A stretch of DNA of 24,151 nucleotides. It comes from a virus. Below are positions 14,326 through 23,647 of this stretch, piece after piece (the stretch's first letter is position 1; every line of letters starts with the position of its first letter). A program made the position numbers and the translations under genes. The stretch is taken from positions 1 to 24,151 of IMG/VR virus record IMGVR_UViG_3300009701_000002; one strand, given 5' to 3'. The notes beneath the pieces were generated by a model, which was not told the DNA's origin, made no database searches, and saw only the letters and a program-made list of their open reading frames with translations.

Positions 14326-15762
14326 TTAGTCGTATTCACCTTTTAGCCATTTTGAATAAGAATCTTCTTGTTGGTATCCTTCGAGTTCTTTTTCAAACAT
14401 GCCGGTCTCTTGTAACTCGGCCCATTCCTTTGTACCCCACTTTGGCTTTTCTGGACCCGGGGGCTGATGGGTAAATGCGTAGCTTTCTTTGAAAGCGTAA
14501 AGAACGGCGTCAATTATGTCGCTATGGGGTTTTTTCTTTACCACGATTTTATTAGGAGTAGTTCTGTCCCAATCGATTTGAATTAAATAACTGTCTTGCG
14601 CAAAGCGGGAATTGTTTTTGGCTTTGAATTTACCGAGTCTCAAAGAATCGTTTAAAAGTTCGACGTTTTCTTGTTTACGGAGTTTATCTGCCGGCTCTAC
14701 GTTAATGGCGTGCCTGCGCCTGACTTCTTCGGCTAGTTTTTTACCCAAGCCGCCTTCATCCATGACAACTTTTGATATGTCGTATTTTTTGTGCATACGG
14801 TTCATTTGTTCTACGAGTTCGGTCAAGCCTTGTTTTTTAGTAATACACTCTTCTACCAAGTAAGTCTCAGGGCTAGTATCTGACCATGCCAATATTGCTA
14901 TGGCGTCGGCGTCGTTATAGCCTATATCTACGCCCATTATGTAACTCCATGCATGACCAGAAGGGAGGTCTTGGTAATGGTTTTTAGCGGCGCTGTACCT
15001 TACCCATAGAGACTCGACATCCAGTACCCACTGATTCCGGTATTCACGTAAAAGCGTGGGGTTGTCTGGTTGCCATTCGCGTTTCTTTATTATGTCCGCA
15101 ATGAAAGACTCTGGGTCTGGCATATGAGGGTTATCTAACAAAGTCCATTCATGGTGGCTATACCCGTATTTGTGATTCTTTGTTACGTCAAAAAAATAGC
15201 CTTGAGGAACTGGTCCTGGAGTACCGGTTAAAGCTAACCAGCCGTCCGTATAGTCGGCTATGGACGGAGTTAGGACGTCATCTACTAGGGACTGGAGATG
15301 TATCCCAAAGTCTTGCGCTTCGTCTATACCAACTCCGGGGTATTTACGTCCTTTGAGGCGTTTAATGAAGTTTTTCATGTCGGCGCCAAATAGCCTAAGG
15401 GTAGATCCGTTTGGGTGTTTCATAGTCAGCTTTGACTCGGTGAAACTACAGCCTATTTGGTATTTGTCGTTTATTTCTTGTAATACCGGCCATAGAATCT
15501 CTCGAGCCGACTCAAGAGTAAGTCCTAAATAGATACACTGAGATTTTGGATGTTTTTCTAGTGTTTTAAAAAATCTCAAAGCTAGCCCATTAGTTTTACC
15601 GGCGCGTCGGGAGCACTGTGCACTTATGTAACGTGAGGTGTCTTCAACAAAAGAGTTTTGCTGAGGAAAATTCCCGCTAAGTCTAACTTCATTTGAAATG
15701 ATCTTGGAATTACGCTTAACGATTTCGTTTAAAATACTGGTTTTGCTGCTGTTTTGACCCAA
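14326..15762 (-). CDS. terL: Terminase large subunit (478 aa)
   Basis: Walker A-like SRRAGKTNG. Walker B-like VGIDEAQDF. C-terminal nuclease-like MGVDIGYNDADAIAIL. TTG start directly after the upstream TGA; no in-frame ATG before the Walker A. Confidence 0.85.
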   Translation of the reverse strand: MGQNSSKTSILNEIVKRNSKIISNEVRLSGNFPQQNSFVEDTSRYISAQCSRRAGKTNGLALRFFKTLEKHPKSQCIYLGLTLESAREILWPVLQEINDKYQIGCSFTESKLTMKHPNGSTLRLFGADMKNFIKRLKGRKYPGVGIDEAQDFGIHLQSLVDDVLTPSIADYTDGWLALTGTPGPVPQGYFFDVTKNHKYGYSHHEWTLLDNPHMPDPESFIADIIKKREWQPDNPTLLREYRNQWVLDVESLWVRYSAAKNHYQDLPSGHAWSYIMGVDIGYNDADAIAILAWSDTSPETYLVEECITKKQGLTELVEQMNRMHKKYDISKVVMDEGGLGKKLAEEVRRRHAINVEPADKLRKQENVELLNDSLRLGKFKAKNNSRFAQDSYLIQIDWDRTTPNKIVVKKKPHSDIIDAVLYAFKESYAFTHQPPGPEKPKWGTKEWAELQETGMFEKELEGYQQEDSYSKWLKGEYD

Positions 15763-16065
15763 TCATGCCCCAATAGCTTCTTTGGCTTTGGCTTGAAGTT
15801 CCTCGTCTGTCATGCCTTTTAGCAATTCAGCCTCGCGGTTTTTCAACTCAAATAAAAGCTTTAGATGATCCCGCAAATCCCTAGCGTCATTTGGCTCTAG
15901 TTTGCCTTTTACGCTTAAAATCATTAAATTTTTGATTTCTCGGTATAAAACTAAAAGCCCGTCATCAATTAGCCTATCGATACTAATCTCAGACACCGGA
16001 ATGTCTGGTACTTTCTCTTTAGGCGTATAATCAACAGGCTTGGATTGCATTATTCGACGCTGCAT
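15763..16065 (-). CDS. Hypothetical protein (100 aa); small terminase candidate by position only
   Basis: Lies immediately upstream of terL. Helical and charged. Confidence 0.5.
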   Translation of the reverse strand: MQRRIMQSKPVDYTPKEKVPDIPVSEISIDRLIDDGLLVLYREIKNLMILSVKGKLEPNDARDLRDHLKLLFELKNREAELLKGMTDEELQAKAKEAIGA

Positions 16066-16301
16066 TACTCTGCTTCTGGCGACAGCTCAATTGATTGACA
16101 GTTAGCAATAGGAATAACAAACTCAACTCTAATGCCAGTAGGCCCAACTCCTTTGGCGTGAACTCCGTATTCGCAGAGTGTGAGCTGTAACTTTCCTTTA
16201 CCCTCAGGTATTAAGGGAGTTCCAAGCTGACCGTAGCTGTTGATGTGCACCGCGGTTTGCATCCTGACTAAACGCACGCTTCGACCATTAAGGTTGTTCA
16301 T
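16065..16301 (-). CDS. Hypothetical protein (78 aa)
   Basis: Start moved to the ATG at 16299-16301, preceded by GAGG. The ORF-track start is a TTG. Confidence 0.55.
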   Translation of the reverse strand: MNNLNGRSVRLVRMQTAVHINSYGQLGTPLIPEGKGKLQLTLCEYGVHAKGVGPTGIRVEFVIPIANCQSIELSPEAE

Positions 16302-16560
16302 TGCTAGCCTCGTTTTTCTTTGCTTCTTGGTCAAGTTTTTGGCGCGCCAAGAACTCTTGGTTAATAGCGTACATTTTGTCGTTAAGCTCCGACAACTTGC
16401 GTTGATGCAAATACAGCGCGTATTGGGCGTTTACAACTTCTGAGCCTATTTGTTGGTACTCCTTGTTGAGCTCTTCGGCAGACCTTGGGACTGGGGGCGT
16501 AGACATTTTGACTCCTTTGTTTTTTAGTTTCATTAATTTTCGTCTATCGGCACGGTTCAT
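16288..16560 (-). CDS. Hypothetical coiled-coil protein (90 aa)
   Basis: ORF in the gene series. No motif. Confidence 0.55.
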   Translation of the reverse strand: MNRADRRKLMKLKNKGVKMSTPPVPRSAEELNKEYQQIGSEVVNAQYALYLHQRKLSELNDKMYAINQEFLARQKLDQEAKKNEASNEQP

Positions 16561-16566
16561 AAATCC

Positions 16567-16995
16567 TCACAGAGCAAACGGGTTAAACACAGAGTCTTTA
16601 AGCTTAGGCATTAATTGCCGCCCTAGGTGTGTTAAATGTGTAACTGCTTTTGCTGTTTTTGGTACTAATCCAGATGCTATCCCTTGTTTACGCCAAGCCT
16701 TTTTAACAAAAACAAAATGAACAGTTTCGTAGTCAGCGCTTAATATGCTGTATCCTAGTATCACACTAGGGTCTTCTTTTAAGCAAGCAATTTTTACCGT
16801 ATTTGTGCTCCTAGATATAATCGCCGCTGCTATTTTTTTGTAGTTATTCATAAAAATATCTTTAGGGACGTAACTAAACCAGCTATCCCCGTAGTACAAC
16901 CCGCGCAAAAAAGTAGCCATAACAAAAGCTTCGTCTTCCGGAAGGTAGTTGCGCACCTGACATAAAGATTCTATTTCTTTATTCACTTTGTTCAC
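16567..16995 (-). CDS. GNAT-like acetyltransferase (142 aa), tentative
   Basis: VFVKKAWRKQGIASGL resembles the GNAT motif A (R/Q-x-x-G-x-A/G). GTG start is uncertain. Confidence 0.5.
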   Translation of the reverse strand: MNKVNKEIESLCQVRNYLPEDEAFVMATFLRGLYYGDSWFSYVPKDIFMNNYKKIAAAIISRSTNTVKIACLKEDPSVILGYSILSADYETVHFVFVKKAWRKQGIASGLVPKTAKAVTHLTHLGRQLMPKLKDSVFNPFAL

Positions 16996-17404
16996 CGTGG
17001 GGGGTTAAGTACATGGCGTACATGGAGCCGCGGAGGCGTTTAACAATGTTTAAAACATCTGTGCGGTTGGTTTTTTTTACTTTTGCTTTGGTTAGTAGCA
17101 TGGCGATGTTTTGACCGCTAATCCCGTGGGCGTGGTAAGCCCAGATGATTTCTTCTAGTCGAGTCTTGAAAGGGTAGTCGTTTAGGAAGTTTTCTGCCAT
17201 TTGGTAGTAGTCACGTTTTGCGGACCATGTAGTTTCGTTGCCGTAGTTCATAAGGACCGTTGAATAACTGTGGAGGCGCCATTCGTCCTTTTCTATATCT
17301 TTGAAAGCGCCGTCGGGGTGTTTATGGTTGTTTGCTAGTTTTTTGTACCACTTTGCTTGCAGTTCTTTAAACTTTTGGGCTTCAGTTTTGCGGGGGTGTC
17401 TCAT
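16979..17404 (-). CDS. Hypothetical protein (141 aa)
   Basis: ATG start. Overlaps its neighbours. Confidence 0.6.
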   Translation of the reverse strand: MRHPRKTEAQKFKELQAKWYKKLANNHKHPDGAFKDIEKDEWRLHSYSTVLMNYGNETTWSAKRDYYQMAENFLNDYPFKTRLEEIIWAYHAHGISGQNIAMLLTKAKVKKTNRTDVLNIVKRLRGSMYAMYLTPHGEQSE

Positions 17405-17741
17405 TAGCTACCACAGATGGTTGTGTAGTAGCTTCTACAGGTTTAGCGGCAGCGGCGGCTTGAGCTTCTTGCTGCTTAGTTTTAATGTCTTGAAATACTT
17501 GGCTTGCAACCTGGTTAGCTGCAGATTTACGCAAGCGGCTGATGAAATAGTGCTTGGGTAAAGCACCTTTGCTAGAATCGGCGTGTATCAAAATACTCGC
17601 TATCGCAAACCTCATAGAATCTTGGTCTGCAAACTGTCCGGATAACTCAATGATGGAATCCATCCAAACCGTCATTTCTGTCATTCCGACTGGCAGTTTA
17701 GTTGGAACATATGCTAGTAAGCGTTTTAAAAAAAGTCTCAT
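17382..17741 (-). CDS. Hypothetical protein (119 aa)
   Basis: AGGAGG SD. First gene after the promoter at 17759-17787. Confidence 0.65.
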   Translation of the reverse strand: MRLFLKRLLAYVPTKLPVGMTEMTVWMDSIIELSGQFADQDSMRFAIASILIHADSSKGALPKHYFISRLRKSAANQVASQVFQDIKTKQQEAQAAAAAKPVEATTQPSVVANETPPQN

Positions 17742-17758
17742 TTAGACCTCCTAAAGTA

Positions 17759-17787
17759 ATACTAATGGGCTAAAATGAGAATGTCAA
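17759..17787 (-). promoter_or_regulatory. Sigma70-type promoter (minus strand)
   Basis: TTGACA (17787-17782), a 17-nt spacer, then TAGTAT (17764-17759). AGGAGG and the ATG follow. Confidence 0.7.
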
Positions 17788-17792
17788 CTTTT

Positions 17793-19925
17793 TTATACGT
17801 CAGCTAAAGTTTTTCCTATTTTAGGAATAGCTTCTAAATCAATACCTTCGAGATGGACGGTATTCACCATGGCGTCTTCTAATAATAAAGCGACATTTTC
17901 GGCGTCTCTTTCAAAACACTCTACTACTAAGCTATCATGGACTTGTACTACTAACTTACAATCTATTCCCGCAATCTTACAATTCTTGTGAAAAGCTATG
18001 GCGGAGCGGTTCACTATACTAGCACCGGTGCTTTGAATCCGGTGATTAACCGCTAAGTTTAATATATTGCGGATTTCATATGGTAATTCGGCATGCGGTA
18101 TGCCTTTATAGACTTTATCAATCCGCTTAGCTTCCGGCATTCTGCGGGGACGGCCAAAAAGATTTGTGACTTGCCCTTCAGATTTAGCCATTTTGTGGCT
18201 ATTGAGCATCATTTCTCGGACACCAGGGAACCTCTCAAAATAGTTGTCAATGTCCTTTTGAGTATCTTCGATGCTTTTACCCGTTGTTGGGGCGAGCTGG
18301 TGCGGAGTTGCTCCGTAAGTAGACGCAAGTGCAATAACCTTTGAAAGATCTCGCAACCTCTTGTACTTGACCCCAAACGCATCTGGGCTGCCTTCTTTTT
18401 GCGGCGTGCAATCCGTTTTGTCATATACTTCCATCCCTATGACTGAATAAAAATCGTCTGAACCTTTAAAAGCGTTTAACAATCTCTTATCTTGACTAAA
18501 ATAAGCAAAAACCCTCGGCTCGAGCTGTGAATAATCTGCCCCGACAAATACCTTCCCCGGCCTAGCTGTAATAAACGACTTGACGCGTTTATCGTCTCTA
18601 GGTAAGTTTTGAAAGTTTGGATTTCTACTAGAGTACCGTCCAGAAGTTGTTCCGTGCTGCAGGAAACTGGGCCGTATAATGCCATACTGAATCCTCTGTT
18701 CTATGCCTTTTACATAAGTGTTTAATATTTTGTATTTCCTTTGAAATTCAAGAAGTTTTTCAATCCATTTGTGCTTGGGGGCTAATTTGGCTAAAGTCTT
18801 TTTATCAACCGCTATATAACACCAGGGATCTTTTATTTTAGTCCCAGATTTTTTCTTACCGTTAACAACGGAAGGCGGCATTAAACTATTACCAACCGCG
18901 GCCCGGCAAGACCGCATAAAATCCCTACGTGGACCAGGGCCGTAAGGAATTTTTAAATTGAGGTGCTTGCAAACCGCCTTTCCCCCGTCCGTTAGTTTAT
19001 CATAATCTAACCCCATTTTTTCAAATAACAACCAAGCTAACTGCTGGCTAGACCCTATGTTAAAAACGTTAGTTTTTTTATCGCCCGGGTACTTCTCTTT
19101 TACGTGGGGGGTTATTTCTTTGTAGACAAAATCTTTGGCTTCTGCGCATTCTGCTTCTAAATTCTTTTTAAGCGTCGTAAGGACTTGGTTATCTACTTTT
19201 AAACCAACTGTGTTCAGCTCGTAAGTAGGTCCCCTGAGAAGAGGCATGCTTTCGTCTTCGTAAAAAAATTTATCAAGCCCTTGTTCGAAAAGCTCCGGTA
19301 CCAATCGGTAGAACAAATTATAAGTCAATAAAGCGTCTTTTGCGCCGTATTTGCCGATCAGCTGGGCGTCTCCTTTAAAAAGTTCAAAAGTTTTTTTAGT
19401 GAGTTTACCGCCGTTTTTGACAATTGAATCGTGTAAGTCGGTCTGCTCATCAGCTGCGTCTTTTCCAAAATAATGCTTTCCAAGCTCTTTTAACCCGACT
19501 TTTCTGTTTTCATCGAGTAAATGTGCAAGAATCATAGTGTCTGTGTGAAGCGCTTCTATTAATTTGACCTTGAAATTAGATTCCGCCATCTTGCAATCAA
19601 AAACACCGTTGTGCATCACAAGCTTCTTTTGCGACAAAAGTGACATTATTTCCGAAATATGTCGACTTTCAACAGAAGTTTTTACCATTGATTGGGCCAC
19701 GGGGTCCCATTGCGATAATACCACGTAATACGCAGTAGTTTCTTCCCAACACATAGAAAAACCAATGACTTGGCTTTCTTCCGACAAACCAGTCGTCTCG
19801 CAATCGTAAGCCACGTATTCGGCTTTTTGCAAAGCTTCTATTACCGGCTCAATGTCTTGTGCTTTGTCTATCACTTTCAGCGTATACAATTTGTTCCCCA
19901 TTATACGGTACGGATTGGTAAGCAA
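17793..19925 (-). CDS. Family A DNA polymerase with 3'-5' exonuclease domain
   Basis: - Exo I: AYDCETTGL.
- Exo II: MHNGVFDCKM.
- Exo III: YGAKDALLTYNLF.
- Pol motif A: GADYSQLEPRV.
- Pol motif B: RDLSKVIALASTYG.
- Pol motif C: VVQVHDSLVVE.
- The start at 19925 is a TTG; the ATG at 19901 is an alternative. Confidence 0.9.
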   Translation of the reverse strand: MLTNPYRIMGNKLYTLKVIDKAQDIEPVIEALQKAEYVAYDCETTGLSEESQVIGFSMCWEETTAYYVVLSQWDPVAQSMVKTSVESRHISEIMSLLSQKKLVMHNGVFDCKMAESNFKVKLIEALHTDTMILAHLLDENRKVGLKELGKHYFGKDAADEQTDLHDSIVKNGGKLTKKTFELFKGDAQLIGKYGAKDALLTYNLFYRLVPELFEQGLDKFFYEDESMPLLRGPTYELNTVGLKVDNQVLTTLKKNLEAECAEAKDFVYKEITPHVKEKYPGDKKTNVFNIGSSQQLAWLLFEKMGLDYDKLTDGGKAVCKHLNLKIPYGPGPRRDFMRSCRAAVGNSLMPPSVVNGKKKSGTKIKDPWCYIAVDKKTLAKLAPKHKWIEKLLEFQRKYKILNTYVKGIEQRIQYGIIRPSFLQHGTTSGRYSSRNPNFQNLPRDDKRVKSFITARPGKVFVGADYSQLEPRVFAYFSQDKRLLNAFKGSDDFYSVIGMEVYDKTDCTPQKEGSPDAFGVKYKRLRDLSKVIALASTYGATPHQLAPTTGKSIEDTQKDIDNYFERFPGVREMMLNSHKMAKSEGQVTNLFGRPRRMPEAKRIDKVYKGIPHAELPYEIRNILNLAVNHRIQSTGASIVNRSAIAFHKNCKIAGIDCKLVVQVHDSLVVECFERDAENVALLLEDAMVNTVHLEGIDLEAIPKIGKTLADV

Positions 19926-21714
19926 CTATCTCAGTTTTACGGTCGGCTTTGCGCTTATTTGTGGCTATTGGTAAAAAGTAGTCAAAAGCTGTTTTTTCAT
20001 CCTGAGTCATATCTCTAAGCAATTCCCTCTCAGAATCAAAATAAAAATAATAAGGCACGTCTTCTTTAATAACGTCTTGTTTTGCTTTTTTGTGCCGGAT
20101 TTTGCAAAATTTAAACGCGGTGACGGTTGGGCATGCTTCTTGGCTGTGACACCGCTTCAACGGCTGCCACAAAGTAATCAAATAATCACAATAACTTTCG
20201 AAAAACAAAGTCCCATAAGCGGCGTCTTTGTTAAGCTCTAAATCTCCAATTCCCGCCTTTTCCCGACTTGTCTGGGATTGCATGACTAACAAAGTGTTAG
20301 TCTGGACTGCAAAAGCTTTCATACTATGGCAAATAGTCATAAGGTCTTGGTTTTCGTCGTTACTGCCTTTCTTTTTTAAAGCGCCTATATGATCTATAAC
20401 AACGCAGCCGACTTTATTCCCAGTGGTTTTTTCCCAGTCTTGTATATGTATTTTAATTTCTTCTAACGATAAATGACGAAAATTGCCTTCGCTGTCATAA
20501 TTGCTCATGATGTGGACTTTTTTGTTCATCGTCGTATCGCCGCAAGACATTGTCGCCCAACGATCCGCTATCTCGTGCGCGGGTTGCTCTAAAGGTATGA
20601 AAAAATGGTGGTAATCAGGGTTTTGTTGACTAAACCACTGAAACATGTTTAAAGCAAAAGCTGTTTTACCTACCCCTGACCCAGCTACAAGGCCTATGAC
20701 TTGTCCTAACCTAAACCCATGCACAGTGTTGTCTATACGTTTGTGACAACGAAACGGTTTACCTTTCACGGTATCCACCGAGCGGCTCAATATTGACTCA
20801 ACCGTGTCCGATAAAGGCTCTTTTGTGTCGTTATTTTCTAATTCGTATGTCCATATCTTTGAAACAATGCCTTCAGCATATCCTAACCGGTGCACCGGGG
20901 ATCGAGACATTGCTTTGGCGCTGTTAACAAGGACTCTCAACGCCTCTTCTCTAGTAAAGCCGTTGGCCAGCATTATATGACCAAGGCGGTAATCGTTTTT
21001 GCTACGGTCTGTGGTATCGCCGGACCATATAGCTTTTGCTTCATGATTTTCGGCGATTAACCTACCAAATTTTGGCGGCAAGACATCACTAATGGTAACA
21101 TCGTTTGGTATTTGGTGCGTCGTGTTATAATGCTGCTCACAGTAAGCTTCATCGGCAATTGTTATAGGAGGCAGTAGTTTTGTTAATTCCTCACAAGTAT
21201 ACTCAATTTGTGAATCGTGGATAATCTCGCATTTCAACGGTTCATTTTCAACTTTTGTGTTAAAGGTACCGGGATACCGCATCAATTGAAAAATCTGTCC
21301 AACAGCTTCATCAGTATTTAACAACCGCATAAACCGTCTGGACAGCCTTAAATAGCTTTTAGCGTCTAAATCTGATACTTTCCAATAGGCGTGTATACCG
21401 TTGCCAGAATCGACTATGCGCGTTGGAATAATACCGACTTCGCCGATTTTAGCAATGAAGTCATCTTTTGAAGCATAATTCTTAGACTTACAATCATAAT
21501 CAACAAACACAAAATCAAAGACATCAATATCCCGACCGCTCGTAATCCTACTCTTTTCATAAAAAAGCGGGTAGTTCGGTAAATAGTAGACATTATAACC
21601 TTGCTCATTGTACTTCCTTATTTGTTCATCATTAAACTGACCTTCAAGGACCCTTCGAACTGAGGGGTCCTTTTTAATCAACCAGTCTGGGGCTATAAGT
21701 CTAAAAAGAGTCAA
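19849..21714 (-). CDS. Primase-polymerase (AEP-like) fused to an SF4/DnaB-like helicase (621 aa)
   Basis: N-terminal FVFVDYD and DSGNGIHAYW (AEP-like). C-terminal Walker A GSGVGKTAF and Walker B CVVIDHIG. TTG start is the only option before these motifs. Confidence 0.8.
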   Translation of the reverse strand: MTLFRLIAPDWLIKKDPSVRRVLEGQFNDEQIRKYNEQGYNVYYLPNYPLFYEKSRITSGRDIDVFDFVFVDYDCKSKNYASKDDFIAKIGEVGIIPTRIVDSGNGIHAYWKVSDLDAKSYLRLSRRFMRLLNTDEAVGQIFQLMRYPGTFNTKVENEPLKCEIIHDSQIEYTCEELTKLLPPITIADEAYCEQHYNTTHQIPNDVTISDVLPPKFGRLIAENHEAKAIWSGDTTDRSKNDYRLGHIMLANGFTREEALRVLVNSAKAMSRSPVHRLGYAEGIVSKIWTYELENNDTKEPLSDTVESILSRSVDTVKGKPFRCHKRIDNTVHGFRLGQVIGLVAGSGVGKTAFALNMFQWFSQQNPDYHHFFIPLEQPAHEIADRWATMSCGDTTMNKKVHIMSNYDSEGNFRHLSLEEIKIHIQDWEKTTGNKVGCVVIDHIGALKKKGSNDENQDLMTICHSMKAFAVQTNTLLVMQSQTSREKAGIGDLELNKDAAYGTLFFESYCDYLITLWQPLKRCHSQEACPTVTAFKFCKIRHKKAKQDVIKEDVPYYFYFDSERELLRDMTQDEKTAFDYFLPIATNKRKADRKTEIVAYQSVPYNGEQIVYAESDRQSTRH

Positions 21715-21715
21715 T

Positions 21716-22210
21716 TTATTTCTTACCTTTGCCGTTCAAAAGAGCGTTTACGCGAGATTTATCGACAGTTTGCTTGGTAATTACCGCCGCTGGAACTTCC
21801 GTAAATTCTTCTGAATCTTCTTCCTCCGACCAGCTGTCAGTCTCTTGTGTCGCTGTCAACTCTCCTACTTCAATAGTGTTATCCGCGTCGGCCTCTACGC
21901 GGTAAGTATACATTTCACCGTTTGGTGTGGGTCGCATACCAGTAAAAGTAATTCGGGTCATAACCCCCGGTGTAGCCGCAACCATCTTTTTATCAATGTC
22001 TGTTTTGCCCCACACGCCGACGTTTCCTTTAGCCGTCTGAAAAATGTAAATATAGCTCTTTCCAGTCTTACGCTTAGCATCTACGATTTCTCGTTTACCA
22101 AGGTAATAACCTTCGATTTGGTCGGGATTTTTCTTACCAGTTTTTCTATTAGTTCCGCCCAGCGCAACTGTTGTGTCTGCGTCTAGACCGTTAATTTCCT
22201 GAAATGCCAT
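21716..22210 (-). CDS. Hypothetical protein (164 aa); possible ssDNA-binding protein
   Basis: Located in the replication module with an acidic tract (SWSEEEDSEEF). No motif-level proof. Confidence 0.55.
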   Translation of the reverse strand: MAFQEINGLDADTTVALGGTNRKTGKKNPDQIEGYYLGKREIVDAKRKTGKSYIYIFQTAKGNVGVWGKTDIDKKMVAATPGVMTRITFTGMRPTPNGEMYTYRVEADADNTIEVGELTATQETDSWSEEEDSEEFTEVPAAVITKQTVDKSRVNALLNGKGKK

Positions 22211-22211
22211 A

Positions 22212-22604
22212 CTATGCTCCTTTGGCTGTTAAGCCGGTTATTGCGTACGTAGAACCATTATCTAAATAAATTCTTTCGCCCATCCATTCTTGACATGGCT
22301 TATCGTCAATATAAGCTATCGGCTTAGACATTACAACCAATCTTTTGTGATCAATGTTAAGAGCTCGTAAAGCAGCTCTAGCCCATTTCCAGCCAGCTGC
22401 AGACCACACAAACACCGTGGCACCGCGCTCAAGTCGGTCTTTTAATATCTTTACGTGTGCCCGGTGAGGCTTTACATAAAGCTGAGCCTTAGTATAAGGG
22501 TCTGTAAACTGTACACATTCCTCTCCTTTGGCTATCTTGCCCCAAAGCAAAAGCGTAAAATCTACGTCTACCATCAAGACTTGCTCACTTTTTACTGTTA
22601 GCAT
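22212..22604 (-). CDS. HAD-superfamily hydrolase-like protein (130 aa)
   Basis: Motif I LMVDVDFTL (DxDxT). Start moved to the ATG at 22604, preceded by AAGGAA. Confidence 0.55.
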   Translation of the reverse strand: MLTVKSEQVLMVDVDFTLLLWGKIAKGEECVQFTDPYTKAQLYVKPHRAHVKILKDRLERGATVFVWSAAGWKWARAALRALNIDHKRLVVMSKPIAYIDDKPCQEWMGERIYLDNGSTYAITGLTAKGA

Positions 22605-23034
22605 TGCTATTTCCTTTGTAGCGGTCATCTAATTCTTTGTGAGTTTCTTCAAACTCCAAGACAAACAGCAAACAACAAGCACAGTGTGCCAAATGACTAA
22701 GGCCGGTTTCCGGGTCTTTATCTTCTCCACCTATATAGGCGTAGAGGTGTCTAGCAGCAGCTGCTAAGGGTCTGCTCCAGGCAAACCCACCTCTCCAGTT
22801 GTCACGACTATATTTCTTGCTTCCAAAAGTCATGACTTCGGCAATCTTAACGAGTCCGATGTGGCTTAACAAACTCATGTCAGGTTTACCTTGGTCGTGT
22901 TTTACTCCATTAGCCACCAAAGCTATTGGTGCTCCAGCTTTTTGTTGGCAACCAGGGCACGGCCCTAATACGTAATCATGTCCGTGTTCGTGGCAAGAAT
23001 AAAGTGACGTTAAATCTATTTTACTGGCTTGCAT
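22585..23034 (-). CDS. MazG-like / dATP-dGTP pyrophosphohydrolase-like protein (149 aa)
   Basis: KHDQGKPDMSLL...FGSKKYSRDNW...ARHLYAY..GEDKDPETGLSHLAHCACCLLF matches, from memory, the phage dNTP diphosphohydrolase N-terminal domain pattern. AAAGGAG SD. Confidence 0.6.
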   Translation of the reverse strand: MQASKIDLTSLYSCHEHGHDYVLGPCPGCQQKAGAPIALVANGVKHDQGKPDMSLLSHIGLVKIAEVMTFGSKKYSRDNWRGGFAWSRPLAAAARHLYAYIGGEDKDPETGLSHLAHCACCLLFVLEFEETHKELDDRYKGNSNANSKK

Positions 23035-23171
23035 TTCTGTTCTCCTTTGTACTTTGGACAGTATTCGCTATGCTTGTCTGATGAAATGCTAGCACAACCG
23101 CATTCGCATTGCAAATAATCCTTCCATAACTTTTGGTGTTTAGGAACCGGTAATCTAACTATTTCTTTCAT
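23016..23171 (-). CDS. Small Cys-rich ORF (51 aa; ..YLQCECGCASISSDKHSEYCPKYKGEQKC..), not in the ORF track
   Basis: Hand translation. ATGA overlap with the stop of P5. Contains the SD of the next gene. Confidence 0.45.
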   Translation of the reverse strand: MKEIVRLPVPKHQKLWKDYLQCECGCASISSDKHSEYCPKYKGEQKCKPVK

Positions 23172-23647
23172 GTCTTTCTCCTTATTATGCGTTCAAATTC
23201 ATCCATTTCGTTAATGATTTCTAATAACATTTTTTTGTAACCGGCGGCGCTGTAGGTGTAGGCATAGTCGGTCGGCCAAACGGCGGCATGGGCGAAAGCT
23301 AAAGCGGCATAGGCGGTGTCGGCGGCGTCAAAGGCGTAGGTGATGGCCCAAGCGGCGGCTTGGCCCAAGGCGGAGTTGAAAGCGAAGTTGGGGTCGGAAG
23401 CGACAACGACGGCAGCCCAAGCAACGCCGGCCGCTTTTTGTAAATCTTCTTTTGTAGCTTGGCCTTTTATATAACGTTCTACAATATCTAGAGTTTCAAT
23501 TACGACTTTATTTGTTTCTTCATCTTTTGATTTTTCTAGCCAATATCTTGATATTTTTACAAGCCATTTCCTTTGTTGTTTTTCGCTCAGGTCGTATGAT
23601 TCATAAAGTTCTTGGCAAGACATTTCTTCGTCTTTTTTGCGGTTCAC
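23168..23647 (-). CDS. Hypervariable-core paralog P5 (159 aa); Ala/Trp/Tyr-rich core
   Basis: Conserved termini. GTGA overlap with P6. Confidence 0.85.
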   Translation of the reverse strand: MNRKKDEEMSCQELYESYDLSEKQQRKWLVKISRYWLEKSKDEETNKVVIETLDIVERYIKGQATKEDLQKAAGVAWAAVVVASDPNFAFNSALGQAAAWAITYAFDAADTAYAALAFAHAAVWPTDYAYTYSAAGYKKMLLEIINEMDEFERIIRRKT

